Shown here: in pieces, positions 18,081 through 30,800 of the stretch
Layout of the letters: every line of letters starts with the position of its first letter
How positions within the stretch are numbered: the stretch's first letter is position 1
From: Eubacteriales bacterium
GTDB lineage: Bacteria; Bacillota; Clostridia; Oscillospirales; Oscillospiraceae
Length of the DNA: 64,000 nucleotides
Assembly (NCBI GenBank): GCA_030531595.1
Contig: JAUNND010000002.1
Span: 2,097 to 66,096 of the forward strand
Reading direction: 5' to 3'
Notes under the pieces: generated by a model
Databases searched by the model: none
Seen by the model: only the letters and a program-made list of their open reading frames with translations
Told to the model about the DNA's origin: nothing
Translations under genes and position numbers: made by a program

Positions 18081-19685
18081 ATGGCAGTTATCGACCTTAC
18101 CAAGTACGGCATTACCGGTACCACCGAAATTATCCACAATCCCTCCTATGAGCAGCTTTTCAAGGACGAGATGGATCCCTCTCTCGAAGGCTTCGACAAG
18201 GGCGTTCTCACCGAGCTTGACGCAGTCAATGTTATGACCGGCGTTTACACCGGCCGTTCACCTAAGGATAAATTCATCGTTGTTGACGAAAACTCCAAGG
18301 ACACCGTGTGGTGGACCTCCGAGGGCTACAAGAACGACAACCATCCCGCCTCTCAGGAGTGTTGGAAGGCAGTCAAGGAGATCGCGGTAAAAGAGCTGTG
18401 CAACAAGAAGCTGTACGTAATGGACGCTTTCTGCGGCGCAAACAAGGATACCCGCATGGCTATCCGCTTCATTATGGAGGTCGCATGGCAGGCACACTTC
18501 GTAAAGAATATGTTCATCCAGCCCTCCGAGGAGGAGCTTGCAAACTTCGAGCCTAACTTCACCATCTACTGCGCATCCAAGGCCAAGGTCGAAAACTACA
18601 AGGAGCTGGGTCTCAACAGCGAGACAGCCGTTGTCTTCAACATCACCAGCCGTGAGCAGGTCATCATCAACACCTGGTACGGCGGCGAGATGAAGAAGGG
18701 TATGTTCTCCATGATGAACTACTACCTGCCTCTGCAGGGTATCGCCTCCATGCACTGCTCCGCAAATACCGACATGAACGGCGAGAACACCGCCATCTTC
18801 TTCGGCCTTTCCGGCACCGGCAAGACCACTCTGTCCACCGACCCCAAGCGTCTGTTGATCGGCGACGATGAGCACGGCTGGGACGACAAGGGCGTGTTCA
18901 ACTTTGAGGGCGGCTGCTACGCAAAGGTCATCAACCTCGACAAGGACTCCGAGCCCGACATCTATAACGCCATCAAGCGCAACGCACTTCTTGAGAACGT
19001 CACCGTGGACGAAAACGGCAAGATCGACTTTGCCGATAAGTCCGTCACCGAAAATACCCGCGTTTCCTACCCCATCCAGCACATCAAGAATATTGTCCGT
19101 CCCGTCTCCGCCGCTCCCGCAGCAAAGAACGTTATCTTCCTCTCCGCCGACGCTTTCGGCGTTCTGCCTCCCGTTTCCGTGCTGACTCCCGAGCAGACGA
19201 AGTATTACTTCCTCTCCGGCTTTACCGCAAAGCTGGCAGGCACCGAGCGCGGCATCACCGAGCCTACTCCCACCTTCTCCTCCTGCTTCGGTCAGGCATT
19301 CCTTGAGCTGCACCCCACAAAGTACGCCGAGGAGCTCGTCCGCAAGATGGAGATGAGCGGTGCAAAGGCATACCTCGTCAACACCGGCTGGAACGGCACC
19401 GGCAAGCGTATTTCCATTAAGGACACCCGCGGGATCATAGACGCCATTCTCAACGGCGATATCCTCAATGCCGACACCAAGGTCATTCCTTACTTCAACC
19501 TCGCAGTCCCCACAGAGCTGCCCGGCGTTGACACCGGCATTCTCGACCCCCGCGACACCTACGCCGACAAGGCTGACTGGGAGAATAAGGCCAAGGATCT
19601 CGCAGGCCGCTTCATCAAGAATTTCGTCAAGTACGAGTACAACGAAGCAGGCAAGGCACTCGTTGCAGCAGGTCCCCAGCTCTGA
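18081..19685 (+). CDS. pckA: Phosphoenolpyruvate carboxykinase (ATP)
   Basis: A 534-aa ORF with the kinase-1a motif [11 protein letters not shown], the IGDDEHGW motif, and overall PckA-like sequence. Confidence 0.93.
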   Translation: MAVIDLTKYGITGTTEIIHNPSYEQLFKDEMDPSLEGFDKGVLTELDAVNVMTGVYTGRSPKDKFIVVDENSKDTVWWTSEGYKNDNHPASQECWKAVKEIAVKELCNKKLYVMDAFCGANKDTRMAIRFIMEVAWQAHFVKNMFIQPSEEELANFEPNFTIYCASKAKVENYKELGLNSETAVVFNITSREQVIINTWYGGEMKKGMFSMMNYYLPLQGIASMHCSANTDMNGENTAIFFGLSGTGKTTLSTDPKRLLIGDDEHGWDDKGVFNFEGGCYAKVINLDKDSEPDIYNAIKRNALLENVTVDENGKIDFADKSVTENTRVSYPIQHIKNIVRPVSAAPAAKNVIFLSADAFGVLPPVSVLTPEQTKYYFLSGFTAKLAGTERGITEPTPTFSSCFGQAFLELHPTKYAEELVRKMEMSGAKAYLVNTGWNGTGKRISIKDTRGIIDAILNGDILNADTKVIPYFNLAVPTELPGVDTGILDPRDTYADKADWENKAKDLAGRFIKNFVKYEYNEAGKALVAAGPQL

Positions 19686-19725
19686 TGCTTCTTGCCGGAC
19701 TGATCCGATATTAATAGAATTTCCG

Positions 19726-19757
19726 AAAGCTGCTGCCTGAATAAGGCGGCAGCTTTT
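19726..19757 (+). terminator. Intrinsic terminator of pckA
   Basis: AAAGCTGCTGCC-TGAATAA-GGCGGCAGCTTT followed by T residues. Confidence 0.75.
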
Positions 19758-19935
19758 GCAGTCAGCTGCAATACTGTCATTTTCTTAATGAAAATGCCTC
19801 TCTTTGAGCTTCGACCAGCCTGCCGGCGCTGTAAAGGTATACTGTTTTTTAACGAAGATAAGTATATTTGACAGTTGCAAAGGCGTGAAAAATGTTATAG
19901 AATATAGCAAATAAAGAAGTTCGGGGGGGAAGAGC

Positions 19936-21078
19936 TTGAAAGACAGGCATTCGTTTCTCTGCAAGGCGTGGAAGGTCATTACCCGTCTGATCAGACCGTT
20001 TGTTGTAAGACGCTTCAATCTGACATCTGAAAAAATCAACGTTGAAGGCCCCTGTATTGTTATTTCAAATCATGTCTGTGACTATGACCCGCTTCTGCTT
20101 TCACAGAGCTTTCCGGACAAGCAGCTTTATTTCGTCGCAAGCGAACATATTTTCAGGCTTGGTTTTGTAAGCAGACTGCTTGAATACTTCCTTGCGCCCA
20201 TACCGAAACGAAAAGCGTCTCTCGGAACCGATACCGTCATGAGCTGCCTGAGACATTTAAAGGCGGGACATTCCGTGTGTATATTCGCCGAGGGTGACGC
20301 ATCATGGGACGGGCTGACACACAGGGTCTTTCCGGCCACAGGCAAGCTTGTAAGAAACAGCGGCGCATCATTGATCACCTATAAACTGGAGGGCGCTTAT
20401 CTGTCAAGACCCAGATGGAGAACGAAGATAAGCCGCGGCAAGGTATACGGACACATGGTCAGGGTATATTCGCCCGAGGAGCTGAAGGCTATGAAGCCAG
20501 AGGAAATCACCGAGGCGATAAACAGTGATATTTACGAAGACGCGTGGGCGCGGCAGAAGGAAGAACAGACGGTTTATAACTGCCCTAATCCCGCCGATAA
20601 TATTGAGCAGGCGCTTTTCATGTGCCCGAAATGCGCTAAAGTCGGGACCGTATCGGGCAGCGGCAAAAGAGTTTTCTGTACCGCTTGCGGCTTTGAGACC
20701 TTCTTTGATGAGCTGTGCTTTTTTGACCCGCCGGAGCCTTTTGAAAACATTGCTCAGTGGGATAAATGGCAGCATGAAAATATCATTCCGAACGAAGAGA
20801 TCACAGGTGTGCTTTTCGGAGATGACGACCTGACTCTAAATGAGATCAGCGGCGACCATTCCGAAACGGCTCTCTGTACCGGGCGGCTGTGCGCTTACAC
20901 CGACAGAATGGAGATATGCGATCACTCGTTTACTCTGTCCGATATTTCCATGATGGCAATGGTACAGAAGAAATCACTGCTGTTTTCACACTGCAGCAAG
21001 TATTATGAGGTCAAAGCGAGTCGGGTGCTTTGTCTGAGAAAATATCTGGCTTTATATAACAGAACAAAAAATAATTAG
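19936..21078 (+). CDS. Lysophospholipid (PlsC-family) acyltransferase with a C-terminal zinc-ribbon region
   Basis: It has the HxxxxD motif (SNHVCDYDP) and EGD, then CPKCAKVG...CTACGFE. The start is TTG, preceded by a GGGGGGAAG SD. Confidence 0.65.
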   Translation: MKDRHSFLCKAWKVITRLIRPFVVRRFNLTSEKINVEGPCIVISNHVCDYDPLLLSQSFPDKQLYFVASEHIFRLGFVSRLLEYFLAPIPKRKASLGTDTVMSCLRHLKAGHSVCIFAEGDASWDGLTHRVFPATGKLVRNSGASLITYKLEGAYLSRPRWRTKISRGKVYGHMVRVYSPEELKAMKPEEITEAINSDIYEDAWARQKEEQTVYNCPNPADNIEQALFMCPKCAKVGTVSGSGKRVFCTACGFETFFDELCFFDPPEPFENIAQWDKWQHENIIPNEEITGVLFGDDDLTLNEISGDHSETALCTGRLCAYTDRMEICDHSFTLSDISMMAMVQKKSLLFSHCSKYYEVKASRVLCLRKYLALYNRTKNN

Positions 21079-21104
21079 AAGAGACACCGTCAGGAGGCGA
21101 AAAA

Positions 21105-22484
21105 ATGGACTATTCGGCAACAAATATTCAGTTGTGGTCTTTTGTCATTCAAATGGGGATCATAGCCGTCTGTATCATGTTTGCAAATCTGCTGCGAAAT
21201 AATATACCCGCGATCAAAAAAAGTCTGATGCCGGTCGCGGTCATTGCCGGCTTTTTCATGCTGTTTCTGAAGCTTCTCAACATTGTGAAGATCGATGTGA
21301 ACATCATGGAGGAGCTGGTATATCACTGCATCGCGCTTGGCTTTATCGCCATGTCTCTGCGTGTTCCGGTGGAAAAGACCGAGAGAAAAGGCGACAGGGT
21401 AGGACTTAAATCAGGTGCGCTTATTGTAGGTACATACCTTGTGCAGGCTGTTTTCGGTCTGATAGTAACGATCCTTCTCAGCTATACAATCAAACCGGGA
21501 TTTTTTAAAGCGGCGGGCGTACTGCTGTGCATGGGTTACGGACAGGGACCGGGGCAGGCGAACAACATCGGCGGAACCTATGAAGCGCTCGGATTTGTCG
21601 GCGGCAGAAGCTTCGGTCTTGCACTTGCCGCGGCGGGTTATCTCTGTGCGTGCATCGTCGGCGTGATCATTCTCAATATGCTGAGAAAACGCGGCAAACT
21701 GTCCTGCCTGAACAGTAAAGCGGATGACGATCTTACCGTCGGTTTTTTCCAGGACAAAAATGAAATTCCCGTTTCGGATTCGATCGACAAGCTATCCATT
21801 CAGATATGTATGGTTCTTGTTGTCTACCTTGTCACATACCTTGCGACCCGTGTCATCACGGCGGGGATCGGTGCGCTCTCGGAAGGTCTTGCAGATACGC
21901 TAAATACACTGCTCTGGGGTTTTAACTTCATTATCGGCGCGGGCGTTGCAATGCTGACGCGAAGTGTGCTCGAATGGGGAAAAAAGAAAAAGCTCATTGT
22001 ACGCCAGTACCAGAACAATTATCTGCTCAACCGGATTTCCGGCTTCTTCTTTGACATCATGATAGTTGCCGGCATCGCCTCCATCAATCCCGAGGATCTT
22101 TCCGGACAGTGGTTCCCGTTTGCAATTCTCGCCATCGGCGGCGGTATCTTCACATGGATATGGCTTGCCTACATCTGCAAAAAGATATATGCGGATTACT
22201 ATTATGAGGGACTTATCTCAATGTACGGCATGATGACCGGCACTATCGGTTCGGGCATTTTGCTCCTGCGTGAGATCGACCCGCAGTTTAATACCCCCGC
22301 CGCAAACAATCTTGTCTCCGGCAGCTCCTTTGCTATCATTCTCGGTATACCGATGCTTATTTTAGTGGGTCTGGCGCCGAAATCGACAACCCTGTGCTTC
22401 GTAACGCTGCTCCTGGCTGCGCTTTACTGGCTGCTGCTGTTTTTGCTGATACTCAAGCTGAAGAATAAAAAAATAAAAAAATGA
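21105..22484 (+). CDS. Sodium/glutamate symporter-like (GltS/ESS family) membrane transporter
   Basis: A 459-aa polytopic ORF with a CAGGAGG SD. It shows moderate resemblance to GltS in length and motif layout. The assignment is tentative. Confidence 0.45.
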   Translation: MDYSATNIQLWSFVIQMGIIAVCIMFANLLRNNIPAIKKSLMPVAVIAGFFMLFLKLLNIVKIDVNIMEELVYHCIALGFIAMSLRVPVEKTERKGDRVGLKSGALIVGTYLVQAVFGLIVTILLSYTIKPGFFKAAGVLLCMGYGQGPGQANNIGGTYEALGFVGGRSFGLALAAAGYLCACIVGVIILNMLRKRGKLSCLNSKADDDLTVGFFQDKNEIPVSDSIDKLSIQICMVLVVYLVTYLATRVITAGIGALSEGLADTLNTLLWGFNFIIGAGVAMLTRSVLEWGKKKKLIVRQYQNNYLLNRISGFFFDIMIVAGIASINPEDLSGQWFPFAILAIGGGIFTWIWLAYICKKIYADYYYEGLISMYGMMTGTIGSGILLLREIDPQFNTPAANNLVSGSSFAIILGIPMLILVGLAPKSTTLCFVTLLLAALYWLLLFLLILKLKNKKIKK

Positions 22485-22489
22485 AGCTC

Positions 22490-22525
22490 AAAGCACCTCG
22501 GAGTTTGATTCCGAGGTGCTTTTCA
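22490..22525. terminator. Bidirectional terminator
   Basis: AAAGCACCTCGG-loop-CCGAGGTGCTTT between convergent genes. Confidence 0.7.
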
Positions 22526-22565
22526 AGTGAGCTGAAAGATAGAAAAACACTATTATTTCTTGTCT

Positions 22566-23774
22566 TTAAGAAGGTGATTTCCGATGCCGAAAGCTTACAA
22601 AGGAAAAAATAACATAGCTCGCCGTAATGACCAGCGCAGAGATCAGCGCCCACGAGCCTCTGTTCATTGACAGAAGGAATTCCATTTTCAGATATGCGTA
22701 ATATCCGAGCAGGGAGGCAAATTGAACCAGAAGCGGCACAGCGGCGAGGGGAAGGACGATGAAAGCGAAGATGACCGAGAGAACGTCCGCACAGAAGAAG
22801 TATCTGTCATGCATATGCGGGAGAAGGAAGGGGATACCGATGGCAAAGAGCAGTGCCACAGTTACGATCATTCTGTCGGTAAGCTTCTTTCGGTTTACAT
22901 AACATACAACAAGCGCTGTCAGCATATAGGCGAACGCCGCGATGATGCCTGCCTTGGAAGCTGCGTTGTTGTATTTTTCCGGAAGAGAATACTGAAACAT
23001 CGCAAAGACGGAAGGGGAGTTGTAGTTAAGCCCGTCACCGATGCTGCCGGTCTGATTGAAATACAAAGTCAGCGTTTCAAGAAACGGTCTTCCGAGCAGA
23101 ACGGCAGGAAGTACGAGGGCGATATAGGTAAGCGGAAATATAACAAGGTGACGGATTTTTAATCTACCGTTAAAGAGAAACAGGACAAAAACAGGCAGGA
23201 TGAAAACAGATTGCAGTTTGAAGCCGAATGAGAGTGCCGCCAGAACCATCGAAAGCGCCGGTCTGTCATCCATGGCACAATAGACAGCGAGCAGAGCAAG
23301 GGCAACGTAGCTGCTGTCACACTGCCCCCAGAGAGAGCCGTTGAGAAACACGGTAGGAAGAAAGAGAACGGCGATAAAGCAGGTAAGCATTCTGTTTTTA
23401 CTGCCGGTGATACGACCTGTTATCAGCATCGCACCCCATGCGAGCAGAACATCAAATAAAATACTCAACAGCTTTATGAGATAGAGATCACTGATATCAG
23501 AATAAGAGAAAAGGGCGAGAAAATAGAGATAGGGGATGTTGTAATTGCCGATCTGGTGTTTCAGCGCGGCAAAACCACCGTTCAGACGAAAATAATCGAC
23601 CCAGTGGGCGAGAAAATCCGTGTAATCAGGAGTCTCATAGTCGAGAACAAGATACCGGAAATAAAAAGCGAGAAAAATAAGCGTACATGAAATGATAGTC
23701 TGTACCGCTGAGGGCTTTACGGTCTTCAATATCAGGTAAACTGCAAAGGCAAAAATGCAGAGCAGAAGGAGCAC
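22566..23774 (-). CDS. Polytopic membrane glycosyltransferase (Gpi18-like/DUF2029-type mannosyltransferase)
   Basis: A 402-aa ORF with about 10 TM helices. The N-terminal DYETPDYTDFLAHWVDYF...GNYNIPYLYF loop is typical of GT-C enzymes. Confidence 0.45.
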   Translation of the reverse strand: MLLLLCIFAFAVYLILKTVKPSAVQTIISCTLIFLAFYFRYLVLDYETPDYTDFLAHWVDYFRLNGGFAALKHQIGNYNIPYLYFLALFSYSDISDLYLIKLLSILFDVLLAWGAMLITGRITGSKNRMLTCFIAVLFLPTVFLNGSLWGQCDSSYVALALLAVYCAMDDRPALSMVLAALSFGFKLQSVFILPVFVLFLFNGRLKIRHLVIFPLTYIALVLPAVLLGRPFLETLTLYFNQTGSIGDGLNYNSPSVFAMFQYSLPEKYNNAASKAGIIAAFAYMLTALVVCYVNRKKLTDRMIVTVALLFAIGIPFLLPHMHDRYFFCADVLSVIFAFIVLPLAAVPLLVQFASLLGYYAYLKMEFLLSMNRGSWALISALVITASYVIFSFVSFRHRKSPS

Positions 23775-23884
23775 TGCGCGGATATCCGTAAAAAATCATC
23801 TCCCTCCATTTGGTGATTTTATATAAAAAAACAGGCAGGAGACTGACACTCCTACCAAAATCACAAAATTTAATCAAATTATTG

Positions 23885-23914
23885 TTGACATAAGGATACA
23901 CCAAATGGTATAAT
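23885..23914 (+). promoter_or_regulatory. Putative sigma-A promoter of rpoBC
   Basis: TTGACA (23885-23890), an 18-nt spacer, then extended -10 TGGTATAAT (TATAAT at 23909-23914). Confidence 0.5.
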
Positions 23915-24061
23915 AACTTGCTATCTATGCTGGACACATTATTTTGCTATCCCAACCAACATAAACAGTATAACACCGATAACCTGTAAAATCAACACCG
24001 ACTTTCAAATAAATGACAACAAAGCCGGGCGTTTGTGAATTTAATGAAGGAGAGTATGCTA

Positions 24062-27000
24062 ATGCCAAAAGATGTTCTATACGGCAAGACTCACAGAATG
24101 AGCTTTGCTCGTACCGAAGAGATCATGGACATGCCTAATCTGCTTGAGATCCAGAAGAGCTCCTACAAGTGGTTTCTGGAACAGGGTCTGCGTGAGGTCT
24201 TCCGTGACGTTGACTCTGTATCTGACTACTCCGGCAATCTTGAACTGAGCTTCATCGATTACTCCATGAACGAGAAGCCCAAATACGATATTGAGGAGTG
24301 CAAGGCACGCGACGCAACATATGCCGCCCCTCTCAAGGTGCGCGTGAGACTTCGCAACAAGGAGACCGAAGAGATCAAGGAGCAGGAGATCTTCATGGGA
24401 GACTTCCCGCTTATGACTCCAGGCGGCACCTTCGTCATCAACGGTGCGGAGCGTGTTATCGTCTCTCAGATCGTCCGTTCTCCCGGCGTTTATTTCGATA
24501 AAACTACCGATAAATCCATGATGAGCGTCTATGCCTCCACCATCATTCCTTATCACGGAGCATGGCTTGAGTATGAGACCGACTCTCTGGATGTATTCAA
24601 CGTCCGTATCGATAAAAACCGCAAGCTGCCCATCACATGGTTCCTGCGTGCCATGGGCAAGTATGTTGAAAATGAGCCCGCTACATGGCTTTCCTGCGTA
24701 AGCGATCCCGAAGTGGGCGCGATGACCAACGAGCGCATAAAGGAGATATTCGGCGAGGATGAGCGTATGATCGCCACCATCGACAAGGACACCTGTGCAA
24801 GCCGCGACGAGTGCCTTATCGAGATCTACCGCAAGCTCCGCCCCGGTGATCCTCCCACAGTCGAGTCCGCCGAGACTCTGCTGGACGGACTGTTCTATGA
24901 CCGCCGCCGCTATGAGATCAGCAATGTCGGACGCTATAAGTTCAACAAGAAGCTCTCTCTCTTCCCCAGAATCGCGGGCTATGAGCTTGCACAGCCTGTC
25001 GCCGATCCTCTGACCGGCGAGGTCATCGCCGATGCGGGTGAGGTCATTACCCGCGCCAAGGCCAAGATCATTGCCGATGCGGGCGTTGTCGATGTTATTC
25101 TCAATGTTGACGGTAAGCTCGTGCGCGTGTTCTCCAACGGCATGGTCGACCTGTCCCGTTATGTTGATTTTGACCCTGCTGAGATCGGCGTTAAGGAAAA
25201 GGTCCGCGGAATCGTTCTTGCAGACCTTATGAAGCAGTTCACCGGCGATGCTCTCAGGCAGGCTATTATCAATAACATAGATATTCTTATCCCCAAGCAC
25301 ATTGTTGCGGACGATATTTTCTCCTCCGTCAACTACCTCAACTGCCTTGCACACGGCATAGGCGAAGCCGATGATATCGACCATCTGGGCAACCGCCGCG
25401 TCAGATGCGTCGGCGAGCTCCTGCAGAACCAGTTCCGTATCGGCTTTGCACGTATGGAACGCGTTATCCGTGAGCGTATGACATTGCAGGATCTTGATAT
25501 CGTCACTCCCCAGAGCCTTATCAACATCCGACCCGTAACAGCCTCCATCAAGGAATTCTTCGGTTCCTCCCCTCTGTCTCAGTTCATGGACCAGACCAAC
25601 CCTCTGTCCGAGCTGACCCATAAGCGCCGTATGTCCGCTCTCGGTCCCGGAGGTCTTTCCAGAGAGCGTGCCTCCTTCGACGTTCGAGATGTTCACTATT
25701 CTCACTACGGCCGTCTGTGCCCCATAGAGACTCCCGAAGGACCCAACATAGGTCTTATCAACTACCTCGCGTCCTACGCAAGAGCCAATGAGTACGGCTT
25801 CCTTGTCGCTCCTTTCCGCAAGGTGGACAAGGAGACCGGTCGTGTCACCGATCAGGTCGACTATATGACAGCCGATCAGGAGGATCAGTTCACTGTTGCA
25901 CAGGCCTCCGAGCCGGTCGATGAAAACGGCTGCTTCATCAATAAGCGTATCACCTGCCGTCACAGAAACGATACCGTTTCCGTCAATAAAGAAGATGTTG
26001 ATTACGTCGACGTCAGCCCCAAGATGATGGTCTCCATAGCTACCGCTATGATACCATTCCTTGAAAACGACGACGCCAACCGTGCTCTGATGGGCGCGAA
26101 TATGCAGCGTCAGGCCGTTCCTCTGCTTACCACTCAGGCGCCTATCGTTGCCACCGGCATCGAGCACAAGTGCGCCGTTGACTCCGGCGTCTGTGTTTTA
26201 GCTGAGGGTGACGGTGTCGTCACAAGAGTAGACGCAAACTATGTCACCGTCCGCTACGACTGCGGCGAGATCAAGGATTACAAGCTTATCAAGTTTGCCC
26301 GTTCCAACCAGGGTACCTGCTTCAACCAGCGTCCCGTTGTCTCCGTAGGAGAGAGAGTCAGCGATGGCTGTGTTCTGGCGGACGGTCCCAGCACCTCTCA
26401 GGGCGAAATAGCGCTCGGCAAGAACATCCTTGTCGGCTACATGAACTGGGAAGGCTATAACTACGAAGACGCAGTTCTTCTTAATGAGCGCATGGTCATG
26501 GACGACGTATTCACCTCCATCCATGTGGAGGAGTACGAGTGCGATGCCCGTGATACAAAGCTCGGACCCGAGGAGATCACCCGCGACATTCCCGGCGTAG
26601 GTGACGATGCCCTCAAATATCTCGACGAGCGAGGAATCATTATGGTCGGTGCGGAAGTCACCGCCGGTGATATCCTTGTCGGTAAGGTCACTCCCAAGGG
26701 CGAGACCGATCTCACCGCAGAGGAGAGACTGCTCCGCGCCATCTTTGGTGAAAAGGCACGCGAAGTCCGCGACACCTCGCTTAAAGTTCCCCACGGCGAA
26801 TACGGCATTATCGTTGACGTCAAGGTATTTACCCGCGAAAACGGCGACGAGATGAATCCCGGCGTCAATCAGGTTGTCCGCGTATATATTGCACAGAAGC
26901 GCAAGATCTCCGTCGGCGACAAGATGGCGGGCCGTCACGGCAACAAGGGCGTTGTTTCCCGTATCCTGCCCCGTGAGGATATGCCTTATCTGCCCGATGG

Positions 27001-27805
27001 TACACCTCTCGACATCGTTTTGAACCCGCTGGGCGTTCCTTCACGTATGAACATCGGTCAGATTCTTGAAGTCCACCTCGGTTATGCAGCCGCCGCTCTC
27101 GGCTGGAAGGTAGCAACACCTATCTTCAACGGCGCAAACGAGACGACCATCCGCGAGACTCTGCGTCAGGCAGGTCTGCGTGAGGACGGAAAGTCCGTTA
27201 TGTATGACGGCCGTACCGGCGAGAAGTTTGATAACGACGTCACTGTCGGCTGGGTCTACTTCCTCAAGCTCCACCATCTGGTCGATGATAAGATCCACGC
27301 CCGTTCCACCGGTCCCTACAGCCTTGTCACACAGCAGCCTCTGGGCGGTAAAGCGCAGTTCGGCGGCCAGCGTTTCGGCGAAATGGAAGTCTGGGCTCTG
27401 GAAGCCTACGGCGCGGCATACACGCTGCAGGAGATCCTGACAGTCAAGTCCGACGATGTCACCGGCAGAGTCAAGACCTACGAAGCTATCGTAAAGGGCA
27501 ACAATATTCCTCAGCCCGGTGTTCCCGAGTCCTTTAAGGTCCTTATCAAGGAGCTTCAGTCCCTGTGTCTCGATGTCCGTGTTCTCGATAAGGACGGCGC
27601 TGAGATCGAACTCAAGGATGACGACGAGGATGAATTTGTTCCCAGCATCAAGGATGAGATCTACGCATCCGACGATGAAGAGATCGAAGCCGGCGGATAC
27701 AGCATCGAGGATGCTCCCGAAGGCGATGATGATTACAGCGATATGGAAGACGGCGATGATTTCGGCGTTTCCGATATGAATTTTGATTCTGAGGAGGATA
27801 TGTGA
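24062..27805 (+). CDS. rpoB: DNA-directed RNA polymerase subunit beta
   Basis: Unmistakable RpoB sequence. The track ORF begins at GTG 24035. ATG 24062 sits about 7 nt after the GGAGAG SD. The protein has an acidic C-terminal tail. Confidence 0.97.
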   Translation: MPKDVLYGKTHRMSFARTEEIMDMPNLLEIQKSSYKWFLEQGLREVFRDVDSVSDYSGNLELSFIDYSMNEKPKYDIEECKARDATYAAPLKVRVRLRNKETEEIKEQEIFMGDFPLMTPGGTFVINGAERVIVSQIVRSPGVYFDKTTDKSMMSVYASTIIPYHGAWLEYETDSLDVFNVRIDKNRKLPITWFLRAMGKYVENEPATWLSCVSDPEVGAMTNERIKEIFGEDERMIATIDKDTCASRDECLIEIYRKLRPGDPPTVESAETLLDGLFYDRRRYEISNVGRYKFNKKLSLFPRIAGYELAQPVADPLTGEVIADAGEVITRAKAKIIADAGVVDVILNVDGKLVRVFSNGMVDLSRYVDFDPAEIGVKEKVRGIVLADLMKQFTGDALRQAIINNIDILIPKHIVADDIFSSVNYLNCLAHGIGEADDIDHLGNRRVRCVGELLQNQFRIGFARMERVIRERMTLQDLDIVTPQSLINIRPVTASIKEFFGSSPLSQFMDQTNPLSELTHKRRMSALGPGGLSRERASFDVRDVHYSHYGRLCPIETPEGPNIGLINYLASYARANEYGFLVAPFRKVDKETGRVTDQVDYMTADQEDQFTVAQASEPVDENGCFINKRITCRHRNDTVSVNKEDVDYVDVSPKMMVSIATAMIPFLENDDANRALMGANMQRQAVPLLTTQAPIVATGIEHKCAVDSGVCVLAEGDGVVTRVDANYVTVRYDCGEIKDYKLIKFARSNQGTCFNQRPVVSVGERVSDGCVLADGPSTSQGEIALGKNILVGYMNWEGYNYEDAVLLNERMVMDDVFTSIHVEEYECDARDTKLGPEEITRDIPGVGDDALKYLDERGIIMVGAEVTAGDILVGKVTPKGETDLTAEERLLRAIFGEKAREVRDTSLKVPHGEYGIIVDVKVFTRENGDEMNPGVNQVVRVYIAQKRKISVGDKMAGRHGNKGVVSRILPREDMPYLPDGTPLDIVLNPLGVPSRMNIGQILEVHLGYAAAALGWKVATPIFNGANETTIRETLRQAGLREDGKSVMYDGRTGEKFDNDVTVGWVYFLKLHHLVDDKIHARSTGPYSLVTQQPLGGKAQFGGQRFGEMEVWALEAYGAAYTLQEILTVKSDDVTGRVKTYEAIVKGNNIPQPGVPESFKVLIKELQSLCLDVRVLDKDGAEIELKDDDEDEFVPSIKDEIYASDDEEIEAGGYSIEDAPEGDDDYSDMEDGDDFGVSDMNFDSEEDM

Positions 27806-30800
27806 TGAGCTATGCACCGTTTGACGCAATTCAGATTGGTATCGCCTCTCCCGAGATGATCCTCAGCTGGTCTCACGGCGAAGTAAAAAAGCCGGAAACC
27901 ATTAACTACAGAACTCTCAAGCCCGAGCGCGACGGTCTTTTCTGTGAGCGCATTTTCGGACCCACCAAGGACTGGGAATGTCACTGCGGAAAATATAAGA
28001 AAATTCGCTATAAAGGCAAGATCTGTGACCGCTGCGGTGTTGAAGTCACCAAGAGCAAGGTTCGCCGTGAGCGCATGGGTCATATTGAATTGGCTGCTCC
28101 CGTATCTCACATCTGGTACTTTAAAGGTATTCCCAGTCGCATGGGTCTGATGCTCGATCTTACGCCGAGAATGCTTGAGAAAGTACTGTATTTTGCAAAT
28201 TATATTGTTATTGACCCCGGCTTCACTCCCATGCAGCGCTGCCAGATACTCACCGAGCGCGAGTACCGCGATATGCGCGAAAAGTATGAGGACGATTTCA
28301 AAGCAGGCATCGGCGCGGAAGCCATCAAGGAACTGCTTGCACAGATCGACTGTGAGAAGCTCGCTGTCGAGCTGCGTGAAGAGCTCAAGAGTGCATCCGG
28401 ACAGAAGAAGGCAAAGCTTGTCAAGCGCCTTGAGTGCGTGGAAGCCTTCCGTCAGAGCGGCAACCGCCCCGAGTGGATGGTAATCGATATTCTGCCCGTT
28501 ATTCCTCCCGAGATCCGTCCCATGGTTCAGCTTGACGGCGGACGCTTTGCGACCTCCGACCTCAACGACCTCTACCGCCGCGTTATCAACAGAAATAACC
28601 GTCTGAAAAAGCTCCAGCAGCTCAACGCGCCCGACATCATCGTCAGAAACGAAAAGCGTATGCTCCAGGAGGCTGTTGACGCTCTTATCGATAACGGTCG
28701 TCGCGGCAGAGCCGTCACAGGTGCAAACTCCCGCGCTCTCAAGTCGCTGAGCGATATGCTCAAGGGTAAGCAGGGACGTTTCCGTCAGAACCTTCTGGGT
28801 AAGCGTGTTGACTATTCCGGACGCAGCGTTATCGTTGTCGGTCCTGATCTCAAGATCTATCAGTGCGGCGTTCCCAAGGAAATGGCAATCGAGCTGTTCC
28901 GCCCCTTCGTCATGAAGAAGCTTGTTGAGGACGGTGTTGCCAACAACATCAAGTCCGCAAAGAAGATGGTCGACAAGCAGCGCACCGAGGTTTGGGACGC
29001 TCTGGAGGATGTTATCAAGGAGCATCCCGTTATGCTCAACCGTGCGCCTACCCTTCACCGACTCGGTATTCAGGCATTTGAGCCTGTCCTCGTAGAAGGC
29101 CGTGCCCTCAAGCTTCACCCTCTGAACTGCACCGCCTTCAACGCCGACTTTGACGGTGACCAGATGGCTATCCACGTGCCTCTGTCCGCAGAGGCGCAGG
29201 CGGAAGCACGTCTTCTGATGCTCTCGGCAAATAACCTCCTTCGTCCTCAGGACGGCAACCCCGTCACCGTTCCTACTCAGGATATGATCCTCGGCTCCTA
29301 CTACCTCACCATGATGCGTATCGGCAAGGTCGAGAAGGGCGCCGAAGAGCTTTGGGTCACCGATGCGGGCGACAGCGAGGTCGTTGAAGCCAACACTATG
29401 GTCGACGGTGATGTGATCTATGAGCAGAATAAAGAACTCAAGGCACACGGTCTTAAAGAGATCAGCTATATGCCGAAGCTCATGTACCGTGACGCCGCAG
29501 AAGCGATCATGGCATACAACGAGGGCGTTGTGGGTCTGCACGCTCCTATCCGTCTGCGTGTTACAAAGACCGTGAACGGCGAAGAAGTCAGCAGAATTAT
29601 TACCACCACCGTCGGACGTATTATTTTCAATGAGCCTATTCCTCAGGATCTCGGCTATGTTGACCGTACAGATCCGGAGCATATGTTTGACCATGAGATC
29701 AGCTTCCAGGTCGGCAAAAAGCAGCTCGGTCAGATCATTGACCGCTGCATCAGAAAGTACGACTTCGCAATTTCCGCAGAGGTTCTTGACAGTGTCAAGG
29801 CTCTCGGTTACAAGTATTCGACCCGTGCCGCCATCACTATCTCCGTTGCCGATATGACCGTTCCTTCCGATAAGAAGGAAATGATCGCGTCTACCGAGCA
29901 GGAGGTCGTCAAGATCGAGCGTCAGTACAAGCGCGGCTTTATCACCGATGATGAACGTTACCGTCTGGTCGTTTCCGAATGGGAAAAGACCACCAAGGAA
30001 GTTACCGACGCTCTGTCCAACTGCCTTGATGAATACAACCCCATCTACATGATGGCAAACTCCGGTGCCCGAGGCAGCATGAACCAGATCCGTCAGCTTG
30101 CCGGTATGCGTGGTCTGATGGCCAACACCGCAGGTAAGACGATCGAAATTCCTATCAAGTCCAACTTCCGTGAAGGCCTCTCCGTTCTGGAATACTTCAT
30201 TTCCACCAGAGGCGCCCGTAAGGGTATGGCCGATACCGCTCTTCGTACCGCCGACTCCGGTTACCTTACCCGTCGTATGGTCGACGTCTGTCAGGATGTC
30301 ATTATCCGCGAAGCAGACTGCGGTACGGCTGACGGTGTCTGGGCGTCTGCCGTCTATGACAGAGGTCAGATGGTCGAATCCTTCGGTACGGCTATCCACG
30401 GTCGTTTCCCCGTTTCTCCCATTACCGATCCCGAGAGCGGCGAGGTGCTGTTCGATACAAACCACATGCTTCTCAGCAAGGACGCAAAGGTTCTTGAAGA
30501 GCACGGCATTACCAGAGCCTATATCCGTTCTGTTCTTACCTGTGAGGCTAAGATCGGCGTCTGTGCCCGCTGCTACGGTATGAACCTTGCGATCGGCAAG
30601 CCTGTCAACGCAGGTGAAGCTGTCGGCGTTATCGCGGCTCAGTCAATCGGTGAACCCGGTACCCAGCTTACGATGCGTACCTTCCATACCGGCGGCGTTG
30701 CCGGTGACGATATCACTCAGGGTCTTCCCCGTGTTGAAGAGCTTTTCGAAGCACGCAAGCCCAAGAAGATGGCTGTCCTCTCCGAGATATCCGGTACAGT

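Noticed and set aside
18258-19313. A 351-aa antisense ORF within pckA.
   Set aside because: It is a shadow frame of a highly expressed, codon-biased gene. The translation is repetitive (G/V/L/D-rich) and has no SD or start context.
24077-30504. Very long antisense ORFs inside rpoB and rpoC (24077-26167, 696 aa; 27733-30504, 923 aa; plus several of 60-260 aa).
   Set aside because: They lie exactly opposite unmistakable RpoB/RpoC coding sequence. They have low-complexity, Gly/Val/Asp/Leu-rich translations with no motifs. They are the usual shadow frames of codon-biased genes.
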